Source: a virus
IMG/VR virus record: IMGVR_UViG_3300020595_003017
Location: 96,001-160,000 of that record
Reading direction: 5' to 3' (one strand)
DNA: 64,000 nt
Within the stretch, counting starts at the first letter, position 1. Each line of letters opens with the position of its first letter. The notes beneath the pieces are model-generated. The model made no database searches. It was not told the DNA's origin and saw only the letters and a program-made list of their open reading frames with translations. Positions 45,505 to 55,234 of the stretch are shown here, one piece after another. The position numbers and the translations under genes are program-made.

Positions 45505-46168
45505 AAACCATTACTTTACAAAAGATACGGAGAGAGCAATAATTGCTTATTGCAGCACTGATGATCTATCTGTAAGGTCTAAACTTTACATAGAACAAAT
45601 CCAGCCAGCGTTTAATGAGCTTGTTGACAAGATCGTATATACTTATAAATTTACTTCCCTTGAAAACATTGATGTATTAAAAGACGACTGTAAAATTTGG
45701 CTAACAACAATATTGTCTAAGTTTGATCCTACACAAGGCACTAAGGCTTTCTCATATTTTTCTGTTGTAACGAAAAACTGGTTTACCCACAAGGCTAAAA
45801 AACAAACTCAAAAAAACAAAAGAGAGATAAATTATGATCTCATGATAAAAGAGGTAGAGATCGCCGATGTTAACAGGTCGGATTTTTTATCTGAGGCAGA
45901 GGAAAGAGAATTTTGGGCTTTTTTACTGAATGAAGTAGAAAGTTGGCAAAGACTAAAGATGAAAGGAAACGATCAAAAAGTTTTAGATGCCGTACTAACT
46001 TTAATGAAAAACATAGAAGACATAGAAATTTTTAATAAAAAAGCGGTTTATCTTTATATGAGAGAGATAACAGGGCTAAACACCAAACAGATAGTTGGTT
46101 GTCTAAATAAAATGCGAGCCAGGTTTAGAGTTTTTAAGGAAAAATGGGACAGGGGAGAAATTAAGTGA
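45479..46168 (+). CDS. phage-encoded sigma factor (T4 gp55-like, sigma70 region 2)
   Basis: N-terminal HYFTK...AII and region-2-like ILSKFDPTQGTKAFSYFSVVTKNWF; helical C-terminus ending YLYMREITGLNTKQI. TTG start. Confidence 0.72.
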   Translation: MKSTKKRNKNHYFTKDTERAIIAYCSTDDLSVRSKLYIEQIQPAFNELVDKIVYTYKFTSLENIDVLKDDCKIWLTTILSKFDPTQGTKAFSYFSVVTKNWFTHKAKKQTQKNKREINYDLMIKEVEIADVNRSDFLSEAEEREFWAFLLNEVESWQRLKMKGNDQKVLDAVLTLMKNIEDIEIFNKKAVYLYMREITGLNTKQIVGCLNKMRARFRVFKEKWDRGEIK

Positions 46169-46172
46169 CGTT

Positions 46173-46179
46173 CTATTTA
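46173..46179 (+). promoter_or_regulatory. candidate late-promoter core (C)TAHTTA, one of about 10 intergenic copies
   Basis: CTATTTA here; similar hexamers at 11130, 15543, 15523 (minus), 16448, 20057, 21430, 36113, 54780, 55203. Confidence 0.45.
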
Positions 46180-46195
46180 TATTCGAGGGCAAAAT

Positions 46196-46489
46196 ATGAG
46201 AAAAGATCTAGATTCTTTAATAGAACAAGCACTTGCTAATATAAACAATGATCGTCAAGAAACTGAAATACTTCTTGACGAACTTAAAGAGTATATGAGC
46301 GTTTCGAAAGATCGATATTCAGATTCTGGAAATATAGCAGCTAAATTTGTTGAAACTTTGCAAAGAAGTAATGAGCAACTTGTCAAGCTAGCTACACTAG
46401 TTTATAAAAAAGAAAGTCAATCAAATTCAAATGCATTATCTGATGAGGATAAAGACAGTCTATTTGACATTATAAACGAGGAAAAGTAA
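46196..46489 (+). CDS. helical hypothetical protein
   Basis: 97 aa, GAGGG upstream; KFVETLQRSNEQLVKLA. Confidence 0.75.
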   Translation: MRKDLDSLIEQALANINNDRQETEILLDELKEYMSVSKDRYSDSGNIAAKFVETLQRSNEQLVKLATLVYKKESQSNSNALSDEDKDSLFDIINEEK

Positions 46490-47860
46490 ATGTCAGTCCC
46501 TAAAACAAATAGAGGTTTGAACCCCAACCCAGCTACAACTCCACGCAGAAAAGAAGCTCCTCTACGAAGAGGTTTTGATCTAGATTCTAATAATGGTGTG
46601 TCTGAGTTCAAAAAAATTATCAGACAACAGTATACCACGGACATAACCGCAGACAAAAATGATTATGTGTGTAAGGCTATTACTAAGCCGGTAACAAGGG
46701 GAGAGGGCGCATTGGCAACTGTTTCCGTAAGAGGCCGAGCAAGAAACATACATGACTATCTGCCAATAATAGAGGGACCACCTAATGAGGATACCGCTTT
46801 TGGTAGACTTCAAATATGTAAGGCTTTCCTACACCCAGAGTTTAGCTCAACTCAAGCTAACTTGTTTTCATCTTTGGAGCCAGGATCTGAGTTTCTTGGT
46901 GACCTTCAATATCCAAAGTCGCCATTAGAATTTTTTAATGGCACCATAAAATCAAACTATACTAGAGGAGTTGATATAGCCGGTCTAACACCCAGTTCAG
47001 CCTTTAAGGTTTGTAGTGATTTTATACAACCGTCATCTGTAACTCCGGCAACAGGGAAAGCAGATGCTGGATCACAAAACCCTGGATCGAATGCAAGAAC
47101 TGCTGGAGCGATCTCGCCGGCACAACTGAAACAAAAGTGTAATACGATTTACTCAGTAGCAGATTTTGAACTTGCCGGTGATCTGCGAGCCGGTGGCACA
47201 CTTCTTTCTTCTGCGGCAACAACTGAACTGGGCGAATTTATTGCCTCTCACGAAGGTTTTATTCCGCAAATAAGAGAAGATTGGGATTACAACACAAGAA
47301 CCAAGGAGCGCCTTGATAGCGCCGGATATGGTTCTGTTGTCGATGACTCGCCACGATCGGGCGGATCTGCCCGCCGAGCAAAGCTTGAGTCTATCTTGCA
47401 GGAGACTAGACCAAGATCAACCTGGGGAACTGTCGGCAGTTTAGACAGAGACGGAAAACTTAAACCTGTGCCAAAAACAGCCTGGGTTAAATACGGTACT
47501 ACGAACTATTCAAAAATTGTACCTGGAGATTATACAAGCATTTCACCGATTGAAGCACAAAGATTAATGCTTGAGCATGATGTAGTGCCAACAGTTAAGA
47601 GATTCATAGGCAATCTGAAAAAAGATGTAGAGGTTACTGATGACATGATAATCGCCGTTACTTCTGCATCATATCAGTGCGGGCCTAGAGCACTTTTAAG
47701 AATTGCTAAAGTCATGAATCGAAAAGGAAGTCCGCAAGAAATATATTCAGCGTTTTTAGATCTAACCCCAGCATTTAGAAAAAGAAGGATGCAAGAGGCA
47801 GAGTTTTTCTTTGGAAACAAAAACTTTAAATATACAGATAAAGATAAGTTGAGGAAATAG
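46490..47860 (+). CDS. baseplate-region protein with a C-terminal GH24-like lysozyme domain
   Basis: FIASHEGF....D...GYG, EA..LM..D, SASYQCG, RKRRMQEAEFF resemble phage lysozyme with insertions; lies upstream of the spike and gp25 genes. Confidence 0.6.
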   Translation: MSVPKTNRGLNPNPATTPRRKEAPLRRGFDLDSNNGVSEFKKIIRQQYTTDITADKNDYVCKAITKPVTRGEGALATVSVRGRARNIHDYLPIIEGPPNEDTAFGRLQICKAFLHPEFSSTQANLFSSLEPGSEFLGDLQYPKSPLEFFNGTIKSNYTRGVDIAGLTPSSAFKVCSDFIQPSSVTPATGKADAGSQNPGSNARTAGAISPAQLKQKCNTIYSVADFELAGDLRAGGTLLSSAATTELGEFIASHEGFIPQIREDWDYNTRTKERLDSAGYGSVVDDSPRSGGSARRAKLESILQETRPRSTWGTVGSLDRDGKLKPVPKTAWVKYGTTNYSKIVPGDYTSISPIEAQRLMLEHDVVPTVKRFIGNLKKDVEVTDDMIIAVTSASYQCGPRALLRIAKVMNRKGSPQEIYSAFLDLTPAFRKRRMQEAEFFFGNKNFKYTDKDKLRK

Positions 47861-47865
47861 TAAAC

Positions 47866-48801
47866 ATGCCAATAGTTCCTGTAGATATGAAGTTTGGTGT
47901 TGATAAGAAGTTGTTGGAGCAGTCCTCTAACTTCACTGACTTCTTTAAATTAAACGGCGGTATGTTTAACGAGAAAATTATAGAGCCGGTCCCAAACCCA
48001 TCAAGGTCAGGTCCAGAAGTCGTTGAGCCTGAATACAGACCGTCAAACTGTATGATTGTTTATGGTAGGGATAGACCAAGGGGCGTTACGAGTGGATATG
48101 GTGGACGAGGAAACACTCATGCAGGCTGTATAGATATTATTGCCGGCATGTCTGGTCGTCTAGCTAGAGCAAAAAATCCGAACACTAATGAAGCAGTTTT
48201 TACGAACAAGAGTCCAGAGCTTGATGCGGCTAGAATTTATATAAGCCAAAAAGCCGATATTGATGACTATTTTAGTTTGCATGATGGCAAAGTAGGAGTA
48301 TCAAGGGCCAAATCGGCAATAGCAATAAAAGCTGATGATGTCAGAGTTGTTGCTCGTGAGGGTATAAAGTTAGTGACGGGAACTGATGTTTTTAACTCAC
48401 AGGGTATTAGAATATCAGTTATCTCCGGCATAGATCTGATAGCAGGAAATAAAGGGTCAGAATTACAGCCCTTGGTCTTAGGGAACAGTCTTGTTAATGC
48501 GATGAAAGACCAAAACAAATTAATTACTGACTTAAATGGTATTGTGTTTAGTTTGATTAATGCTTATTTGTCTTTGGTGGCAGCTTTAGCCGCTCATGTT
48601 CATGTTAGTGCTCCTCTTGTTGGCGGACCATCATCGCCATCGCCAGACTTGGCAGCAGCTTGTATATCTCAATTAAACAATGTTGCTCTTTTGATGGGAG
48701 ATTTAAATGCTCACCAGACTAATGTTGTTTTACATAATACAAATTTTTATACTCCGATCGGGGAAGGCTTTATAAACAGTCCTTATAATAGCACAAACTA
48801 A
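47866..48801 (+). CDS. baseplate hub/spike-related protein (gp5/gpV C-terminal-like)
   Basis: Beta-repeat region (AIAIKADDVRVVAREGIKLVTG), PLVLGN.L, HVH..P..GGPSSP tip-like motif. Confidence 0.6.
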   Translation: MPIVPVDMKFGVDKKLLEQSSNFTDFFKLNGGMFNEKIIEPVPNPSRSGPEVVEPEYRPSNCMIVYGRDRPRGVTSGYGGRGNTHAGCIDIIAGMSGRLARAKNPNTNEAVFTNKSPELDAARIYISQKADIDDYFSLHDGKVGVSRAKSAIAIKADDVRVVAREGIKLVTGTDVFNSQGIRISVISGIDLIAGNKGSELQPLVLGNSLVNAMKDQNKLITDLNGIVFSLINAYLSLVAALAAHVHVSAPLVGGPSSPSPDLAAACISQLNNVALLMGDLNAHQTNVVLHNTNFYTPIGEGFINSPYNSTN

Positions 48802-48802
48802 A

Positions 48803-51800
48803 ATGAATACTAATAGATTAAATGACATAGTAAATCCATACCCTGAAAGATACGCAGACAATACTGGGTTTGACGGATCTGGCGGGAGATCTGGCATAAC
48901 TTATGACTATGACAACGAGAGAAATAAATGGGTTATTGAGGGGATACATGATTCTTTTATAAATTACGGGGCATTTCCAGAAATTGGAACAGTGATAAAT
49001 TCTGGTGGACCCATAACTGATAATGATAATAGTATAACCTTAGAAGATGCCATGGCTTATACTGCTATTTACCCACAAAATGCAACAGTTATCAAGCTAG
49101 AACAGCCAAAAAATTTATCTGAAGCTATAACACAGTTTGATTTTTCTCCTTTGTCTAGAGCCTCAATGATAACTGAGTTGCAACAAGTATATCAATTTGT
49201 TACACAATCGCCCTCTGCTAATTCTCTGTTAACTGTTTCCGAACTAGCTTTGTATAAAGAGGATAGCGAAGAATTAAATTATCTTAGACTCCCAGCTATA
49301 AAATACCAGTCATCTCAAAATAGAACTATAAAAATAAGAAAATCTTTTGGTCTAAATCCTACCGAAGCAACCTTGGGAAAAAATATAGAGGAAGCAGACG
49401 ATATAGAAAACAAAATTCAAACAAAACAGAGAGATGGGTTAGATTTTGTTGATTGGACTAAGAACCTCCGCCCATCTCAGAGTCCCTCGGTTGTTTATTA
49501 TAACGCTAGGGATGGATTTATTTACTACCTCTCTAGAACAAGATCAAGATCTGCTAATAGCTACGATGCTAAATTTTCTAATGACGGTAACTACCTTGGT
49601 AGAAAAAGGACATTTCTTAAGAAAGCTACATCAAAAATGCTAGCCTTTATGGAAATAGATTATGTCCCCCAAGAGGACAGAAGAGAATTTGTAAGCAGGT
49701 TAGAGTTTTTAACTAAATATGGTGACCGGGACCGGCCCCCTGCGCCTGATGGAGTATCTGTCTGGCTCCTTGGGGCAAGAGTTCAATTAGCCGATATACA
49801 AAGCTTGAAAGATATTGCAACCACCACAACACCACCGCCAGAAGTTCAAATAAACGAAGGAAACCAGAAGGGCAAGGGTGGTAAACAAGCTAAGACTAAG
49901 AATAAAAACCGCAACAATCAGGTAAACACAGTACCATATGAATCTTATTTATCACCCTACCAAATAAGCAAAAAACTAATATCAAATAACTCGGTGAATA
50001 GAGGTGTGGTATATCAAATTAAAAACATGTTACCAGCCCTGGTTCAAACAGAAAAGGTAATCAGCAATTACTCTGACGCAATTTCAAACGCTAGAGTAAC
50101 GCCAAGTATGATATCAGGGTTCAATATAAGGAATCAACTGGAGAATTTTAGATTAACAAATCAATCAGTTCAAAAATTTATTTCTCTGAACGCCTTGCCT
50201 AATGAAACCTATGACATGATAGAATTTAGAATGTCTCCTGAGTTTGAAATAAGATATGCCTTCTATAATGGTTCACTTATTTTGGATGGTCTCGGGTTAT
50301 CCAAGAAGAATCTCATAAAAGATAATAGTTCTGAAAATGCGTTCAAAGAATTGACAAACACTTCAGTGGGATATTTTTATTATTCAACTGAGCTATCAAC
50401 ATTTGAGGGTAGAAAAGATATACCACCGTGGACTACTTTCTTAACTCAATATACATATCCTAATTTAAACGCCAATAGTTTCTTTAAGAGTAAAATAGCA
50501 AATACTACCAACCAAGGAAGTTCTACTAGTTTAAAAGATATATCAAAACTGATGGATGACGGTGATCGGAAAAAAAGCTCTTCACAAAAAATGGCTAAAG
50601 CGTCTGGAGACACTAAACTTTTTCCGTCTGAAAAAGACTTAAGGACAATTAGGGCAAAGAAAGATTTTATCTCTAGTAAAGAACTTCACAATGCCGTAAG
50701 AAGTGCTGTTGGTTCTTGTGATACAGGATTATCGTCAGCTTTGTCGGAGGCATTTCAAATATATGATCTTGTTAGCAATAGAGCAGATAAAAAAGCTCTG
50801 ATAGCAGGTATCCTTGTTAAGTCAAAAGATGCGATATTATTCCTTCAAAAAAAGTATGCCTTTGAGGTATTAGAAAATCCGGAGAAGATTTTATCTGGAG
50901 AATCAGTATTTGAATTTGGTAAATTGAGAATATCTGCTGATAATGTAGAATCTTATATAAACAGACCTGATTTTTTACTTCAAGAAATTGAAAGGGAAAT
51001 CTACAGGCAGGTAAGCTGCATATTCGATCTTATTGGTGATGGCGTTAATGAGTTAATTCTAGATCCTCTTATTGATGAACCCGGACCACTCAAAACGCTT
51101 GTTCGTGACGTTGTTAGCGAAACCAACAGATCTTCAAAGGCTTATACGGTTGATTTTTTAAGGTACAAGATAACAACCAGAGACAGTCAAAAAGGCTGGC
51201 GCTTGGCTGTTGAAAAAATTATTGAGAGCTTTCTGAAACAAATGATACTAGACATCTTTAAGGATGTTGTTACAGCCTTGCTGGGATGTGGGCCAGAGCA
51301 GAGTGAGGATAAAGAAACTGAAAATAAAAATAAACTATTAGAATCTTACGGAGAGTTGAGGTTAAATCTTTTAATTGAGAACGCCGAAAGCCAAGTTAAG
51401 TTGCTTGAAATATGCGAAAACCTAGACATAAAAAATACCACTCTTACGGGAGATAACCTAGATCAAGTGACAATAAGTCCAGTGACAGAGGAGCAACTAT
51501 ACCAGCTTCATGAGGATATTTCTGATACCTGCACTAAATCAGAGGTGGAGGGATTGCTGGAGGGTAATGCACCCAGGGATCTTGTTGTTGATCTTGTTGA
51601 TATGACAAATGACAACATTGATATTGGTGAATATAACAATTTTTTAACTGCCGAACAAAAAGAAATACTCATTCAATCATCTGTCGAAAATAACTTTGAT
51701 TATGCTGATCCTAGCAGTGTTATTTTCACCAGACTAGCAAAAAATGCAGGTATTAGATTTACTGAGGATAGAAAAGCTCTAGGAATTACAGAGACAGCAA

Positions 51801-54763
51801 AAATAAGACTTAAAATGTCAGCAGAGTCTTTTAGATCTGGTGATATTCGTTATGCTACTTTAGATTTTGATGAGAATAAATTAAGAGAGTACTTTAAAGA
51901 ATTGGGGAAAGCTTTAGGTCCTGATTCATTACCAAGTTCACCTTTGGTACCAGAGGATGCATTTTGTGATCCAAAGCTGTTGGCAGCCAGGGGATTAGAA
52001 GGTGTGGGAGTATCCTTAGAACAATTAAATCTAGAAGTCCAGCAAGGAACCCAAGCAGAATTGACAAAACTTTTAGACTTGTGTGAACTTTTTAATGGAG
52101 CTTTTGATGGATTCGATCTTAAATTCTTTAACAAATGGGAAGAGGGATTACCGATTGCTGAAGGATACAGGGCTATATTAGAGAAAATAGCGTTCTTATC
52201 TAGACTTTTTCAGGCGTTTATATCCGATGCATTAAGTATGTCAGCCGAGGCTGCTGATGCACCACTTGAAAGACAAAGAACAAGTGTAAGAGACACTCAA
52301 TTGTGGTCAACTATAACCACAAATTTTGGGACTCAAAGAATAATACCAAAAGTTAGGATGGTCCCTAACCCCACGGATCGAGAAAAAGATGACGTGTTCC
52401 AGTGGTATATATCTGCTGGTGTTGATCAAACATTTGTTGTTAACTTTCAAATTAGAGGTAACACTGTCTTTCTGGCAGGACAACGACCGAGTGATAGCCC
52501 TGAAGATGAAGAAGAATTTATGACTGAATCATTAGGGTCTTTTGAACTCAATAGAAATAATGGAATGGGTATCAACAAGGGAACACTGCACAATTACATT
52601 AAAGAAGATGGCTTGCTTTTCAGAGCATATAGTGCTGCTTTAGACAATTATAATAATGAGATAGCTACCTCTATTAATGCTTTGGTAGAGAACACTGTAA
52701 TTAGGTCACGAACTATAGAGGGCGGGTTTCCGCTAGCGATTGCTAACCCAAACAAAATTGCTGAAATTGTAACTTCATTTTATATCACTAATTCGGACAG
52801 ACTCAGACCACTAACCCAGGCCATATCCGAACCACTATTTGCAACTAATGGTGATCCCTGTGTTTTGACACAGCAGGAGAGAATAGCGATCGCTTGTTTA
52901 AACTCGATACAGACGAGAATAAGTAATTTTATATTGAATTCTGGTGTTTTGTTCCCGGCTCTTGGTTGGGGTATGGGTGTTCCCGATATTATTGATATGA
53001 TTTCTGGGTATTTGGCGAAAAAATTTGAGTATGAAATGACAGACAAAAAAATGTTTGACATATATCTTAAATCGATGGATGATGTTGACAAAGCTTTTTC
53101 TAAAGGACCCGCTAATGCAGCAGGTGTTTTGTTTGATATATCTACAACAAACGATCTAAGAGAAAAGTTTAAATTAGCAATTAAATTTTCTGTTCAGTCA
53201 ATGTTCTTTAATATTTCTAAGCAGTCTTTCGAAAACCCAGGAAGAAATCCTTACGAGAATCAGGCTACTGATAACCGAGGAACAACTCTTTTAAATTATT
53301 TACGAACAGGTGAGGTTTTACCCGAGGGTCGAGATCAAGTTGCTAATTATAACCCATCAAATTCTTTAGCAGGCTTTACAGACGGAGAATTTAATAGACC
53401 TGCCGTCGCTCCCACTGTAGCAGCATTGCAACAAGCAGGTGGTTTTGATGGTTCCGCTGAACTAACCTGGACTCAACAATATGGTTATTATTATATGCCA
53501 ATATCTCTATTGAACGCATTGACTATGATATATTATGATTATGCTGTCAAGCCGCAACAGAGATTACCAAACTTTAAATTTTTTGCAGAAAAAAGAGTAG
53601 CTAATGCTGACGATACACTGTTGACTGCTATAAATCCAGAAAACGTTTCGGCGTTTAGTGAAAGGTTTAGTGGATACCCGCTAACAGTCGCTGGCGAAAC
53701 ATACTACTCAGATGAAGAAGTCATGAAGGCGATTAAACTTTATGAAAGACAATTTGGAACGTATGAAAGATATCTTAATGTTCTTAAAACGCCTTTATAT
53801 TCCGGAGGCGATGGTTCATATGACTTCTTATCATATAAACATGGGGAGGTTAGTTATACCATACTTGGTAATACTCCACAAGAAAACGAGTTTAGAACTT
53901 TGCAACTCGGCGCTCTAGAATTTAATAGTCCTACTTTTACAGACAACTCAGAAAATGATGGAAGAGACTTTTTTAACCCCTTGTATTCAATGTATGTTCC
54001 AATATTTAAGAGACTACCAGCAGAGGAACAAGATTTTTGGATCAAAGAGGCCTTAAAATATAACTACAGTGATGCATCGTTAGTAAGTTATATTCCTTTG
54101 GGAGATGAGATGGGCACCGCTGAACAAAGAGCCAACCCCAACACACAAAAGGCTTTCGCTTTTTATGAGAGAAAAAGAGTTTTAGAAATAGCTACACCAC
54201 CAAACGGCGACTACACTTTTATGAGACTGTATAAGAGAGCTTATTCCACTTTTTTAAATCACAATCCGTATGCACCTGTTGGAGAAAGAACAAGTGACGG
54301 CAAAGCGAAAATAAAAGCGTGGGTCTCTAAAGAAAGAACTGAGGCTCTGGCAAGAAACACATCATCCAATGATGAACTTTCGGGCGTCATTAATTCATAT
54401 GGCAGTCAGGAAAGAAATAATTTTGATATGATAAACTATCCACAACCAGGGCAATGGGGTATTAGGAGAGGTAAGCTTGTATTAGACCCAGATTATTTGC
54501 GCCGTGGTGGCGGACCCGCACCGTACAACGCCCAGGGCTATCAACTTATTAGTTTGGAGGATGATATTCTATCGTATTGGAAATATCTGATTGCAAACTC
54601 AGCGGGCGCTGCGTCATCTAGACAAAATGATCTCATTAAGGTTGCCATAAATCATGTTTATTATATATTGAGTTCGTTAACGCAGAGGCATATTGCTAAT
54701 ATTAACCCAGATGATGATAGTTCATCAATTAACATATTAAAAAGGCATTTAGGTTTGAGCTAA
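48803..54763 (+). CDS. very large (1986 aa) hypothetical protein in the baseplate module
   Basis: Uninterrupted ORF between the spike and gp25 genes; no family recognised. Confidence 0.8.
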   Translation: MNTNRLNDIVNPYPERYADNTGFDGSGGRSGITYDYDNERNKWVIEGIHDSFINYGAFPEIGTVINSGGPITDNDNSITLEDAMAYTAIYPQNATVIKLEQPKNLSEAITQFDFSPLSRASMITELQQVYQFVTQSPSANSLLTVSELALYKEDSEELNYLRLPAIKYQSSQNRTIKIRKSFGLNPTEATLGKNIEEADDIENKIQTKQRDGLDFVDWTKNLRPSQSPSVVYYNARDGFIYYLSRTRSRSANSYDAKFSNDGNYLGRKRTFLKKATSKMLAFMEIDYVPQEDRREFVSRLEFLTKYGDRDRPPAPDGVSVWLLGARVQLADIQSLKDIATTTTPPPEVQINEGNQKGKGGKQAKTKNKNRNNQVNTVPYESYLSPYQISKKLISNNSVNRGVVYQIKNMLPALVQTEKVISNYSDAISNARVTPSMISGFNIRNQLENFRLTNQSVQKFISLNALPNETYDMIEFRMSPEFEIRYAFYNGSLILDGLGLSKKNLIKDNSSENAFKELTNTSVGYFYYSTELSTFEGRKDIPPWTTFLTQYTYPNLNANSFFKSKIANTTNQGSSTSLKDISKLMDDGDRKKSSSQKMAKASGDTKLFPSEKDLRTIRAKKDFISSKELHNAVRSAVGSCDTGLSSALSEAFQIYDLVSNRADKKALIAGILVKSKDAILFLQKKYAFEVLENPEKILSGESVFEFGKLRISADNVESYINRPDFLLQEIEREIYRQVSCIFDLIGDGVNELILDPLIDEPGPLKTLVRDVVSETNRSSKAYTVDFLRYKITTRDSQKGWRLAVEKIIESFLKQMILDIFKDVVTALLGCGPEQSEDKETENKNKLLESYGELRLNLLIENAESQVKLLEICENLDIKNTTLTGDNLDQVTISPVTEEQLYQLHEDISDTCTKSEVEGLLEGNAPRDLVVDLVDMTNDNIDIGEYNNFLTAEQKEILIQSSVENNFDYADPSSVIFTRLAKNAGIRFTEDRKALGITETAKIRLKMSAESFRSGDIRYATLDFDENKLREYFKELGKALGPDSLPSSPLVPEDAFCDPKLLAARGLEGVGVSLEQLNLEVQQGTQAELTKLLDLCELFNGAFDGFDLKFFNKWEEGLPIAEGYRAILEKIAFLSRLFQAFISDALSMSAEAADAPLERQRTSVRDTQLWSTITTNFGTQRIIPKVRMVPNPTDREKDDVFQWYISAGVDQTFVVNFQIRGNTVFLAGQRPSDSPEDEEEFMTESLGSFELNRNNGMGINKGTLHNYIKEDGLLFRAYSAALDNYNNEIATSINALVENTVIRSRTIEGGFPLAIANPNKIAEIVTSFYITNSDRLRPLTQAISEPLFATNGDPCVLTQQERIAIACLNSIQTRISNFILNSGVLFPALGWGMGVPDIIDMISGYLAKKFEYEMTDKKMFDIYLKSMDDVDKAFSKGPANAAGVLFDISTTNDLREKFKLAIKFSVQSMFFNISKQSFENPGRNPYENQATDNRGTTLLNYLRTGEVLPEGRDQVANYNPSNSLAGFTDGEFNRPAVAPTVAALQQAGGFDGSAELTWTQQYGYYYMPISLLNALTMIYYDYAVKPQQRLPNFKFFAEKRVANADDTLLTAINPENVSAFSERFSGYPLTVAGETYYSDEEVMKAIKLYERQFGTYERYLNVLKTPLYSGGDGSYDFLSYKHGEVSYTILGNTPQENEFRTLQLGALEFNSPTFTDNSENDGRDFFNPLYSMYVPIFKRLPAEEQDFWIKEALKYNYSDASLVSYIPLGDEMGTAEQRANPNTQKAFAFYERKRVLEIATPPNGDYTFMRLYKRAYSTFLNHNPYAPVGERTSDGKAKIKAWVSKERTEALARNTSSNDELSGVINSYGSQERNNFDMINYPQPGQWGIRRGKLVLDPDYLRRGGGPAPYNAQGYQLISLEDDILSYWKYLIANSAGAASSRQNDLIKVAINHVYYILSSLTQRHIANINPDDDSSSINILKRHLGLS

Positions 54764-54801
54764 ATTGTACCTAGAAGAATACTTATAGGAGGAGAGTTAA
54801 T

Positions 54802-55209
54802 ATGTCAAATAAAATGCAAGGTTTGTCTGTGGCTCTGCCGCTTCAATTAGACGCAACTGACGGACCTTATAGATTGAATAAAAATTTAGGACAGGTTATA
54901 AAACAAAATTTCAAAAACATGATACTAACATCTCCCGGCGAAAGAATAATGATTCCAGACTTTGGTGTTGGATTAAAAAGGATTCTATTTGAAAACTTTT
55001 CGAGCAGAACTAAAGAAAGAATTGTAACTCAAATTCAAAAACAAATTGACGTCTACATGCCCTTCATAGTTTTAGAAAGAGTAAGTTTTTTGACTAACGA
55101 AGATAATAACATGGTGGCTTTAAATGAATTAAGAATTACAATTCAATATAACGCTCCATCAATAAACTTTAGCGATACGTTACAATTTACTGAGGAAATC
55201 ACTACTTAA
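54802..55209 (+). CDS. baseplate wedge subunit, gp25/GPW family
   Basis: IKQNFKNMILTSPGERIMIPDFGVGL...LFE...I..QI..YMP.I. Confidence 0.92.
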   Translation: MSNKMQGLSVALPLQLDATDGPYRLNKNLGQVIKQNFKNMILTSPGERIMIPDFGVGLKRILFENFSSRTKERIVTQIQKQIDVYMPFIVLERVSFLTNEDNNMVALNELRITIQYNAPSINFSDTLQFTEEITT

Positions 55210-55234
55210 TTTTATAGTGATCTGAGGATTTTTA

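Noticed and set aside
48803-54763. Tape measure protein
   Set aside because: Lacks the Ala/Gly-rich helical repeats and hydrophobic segments I would expect; left as unknown.
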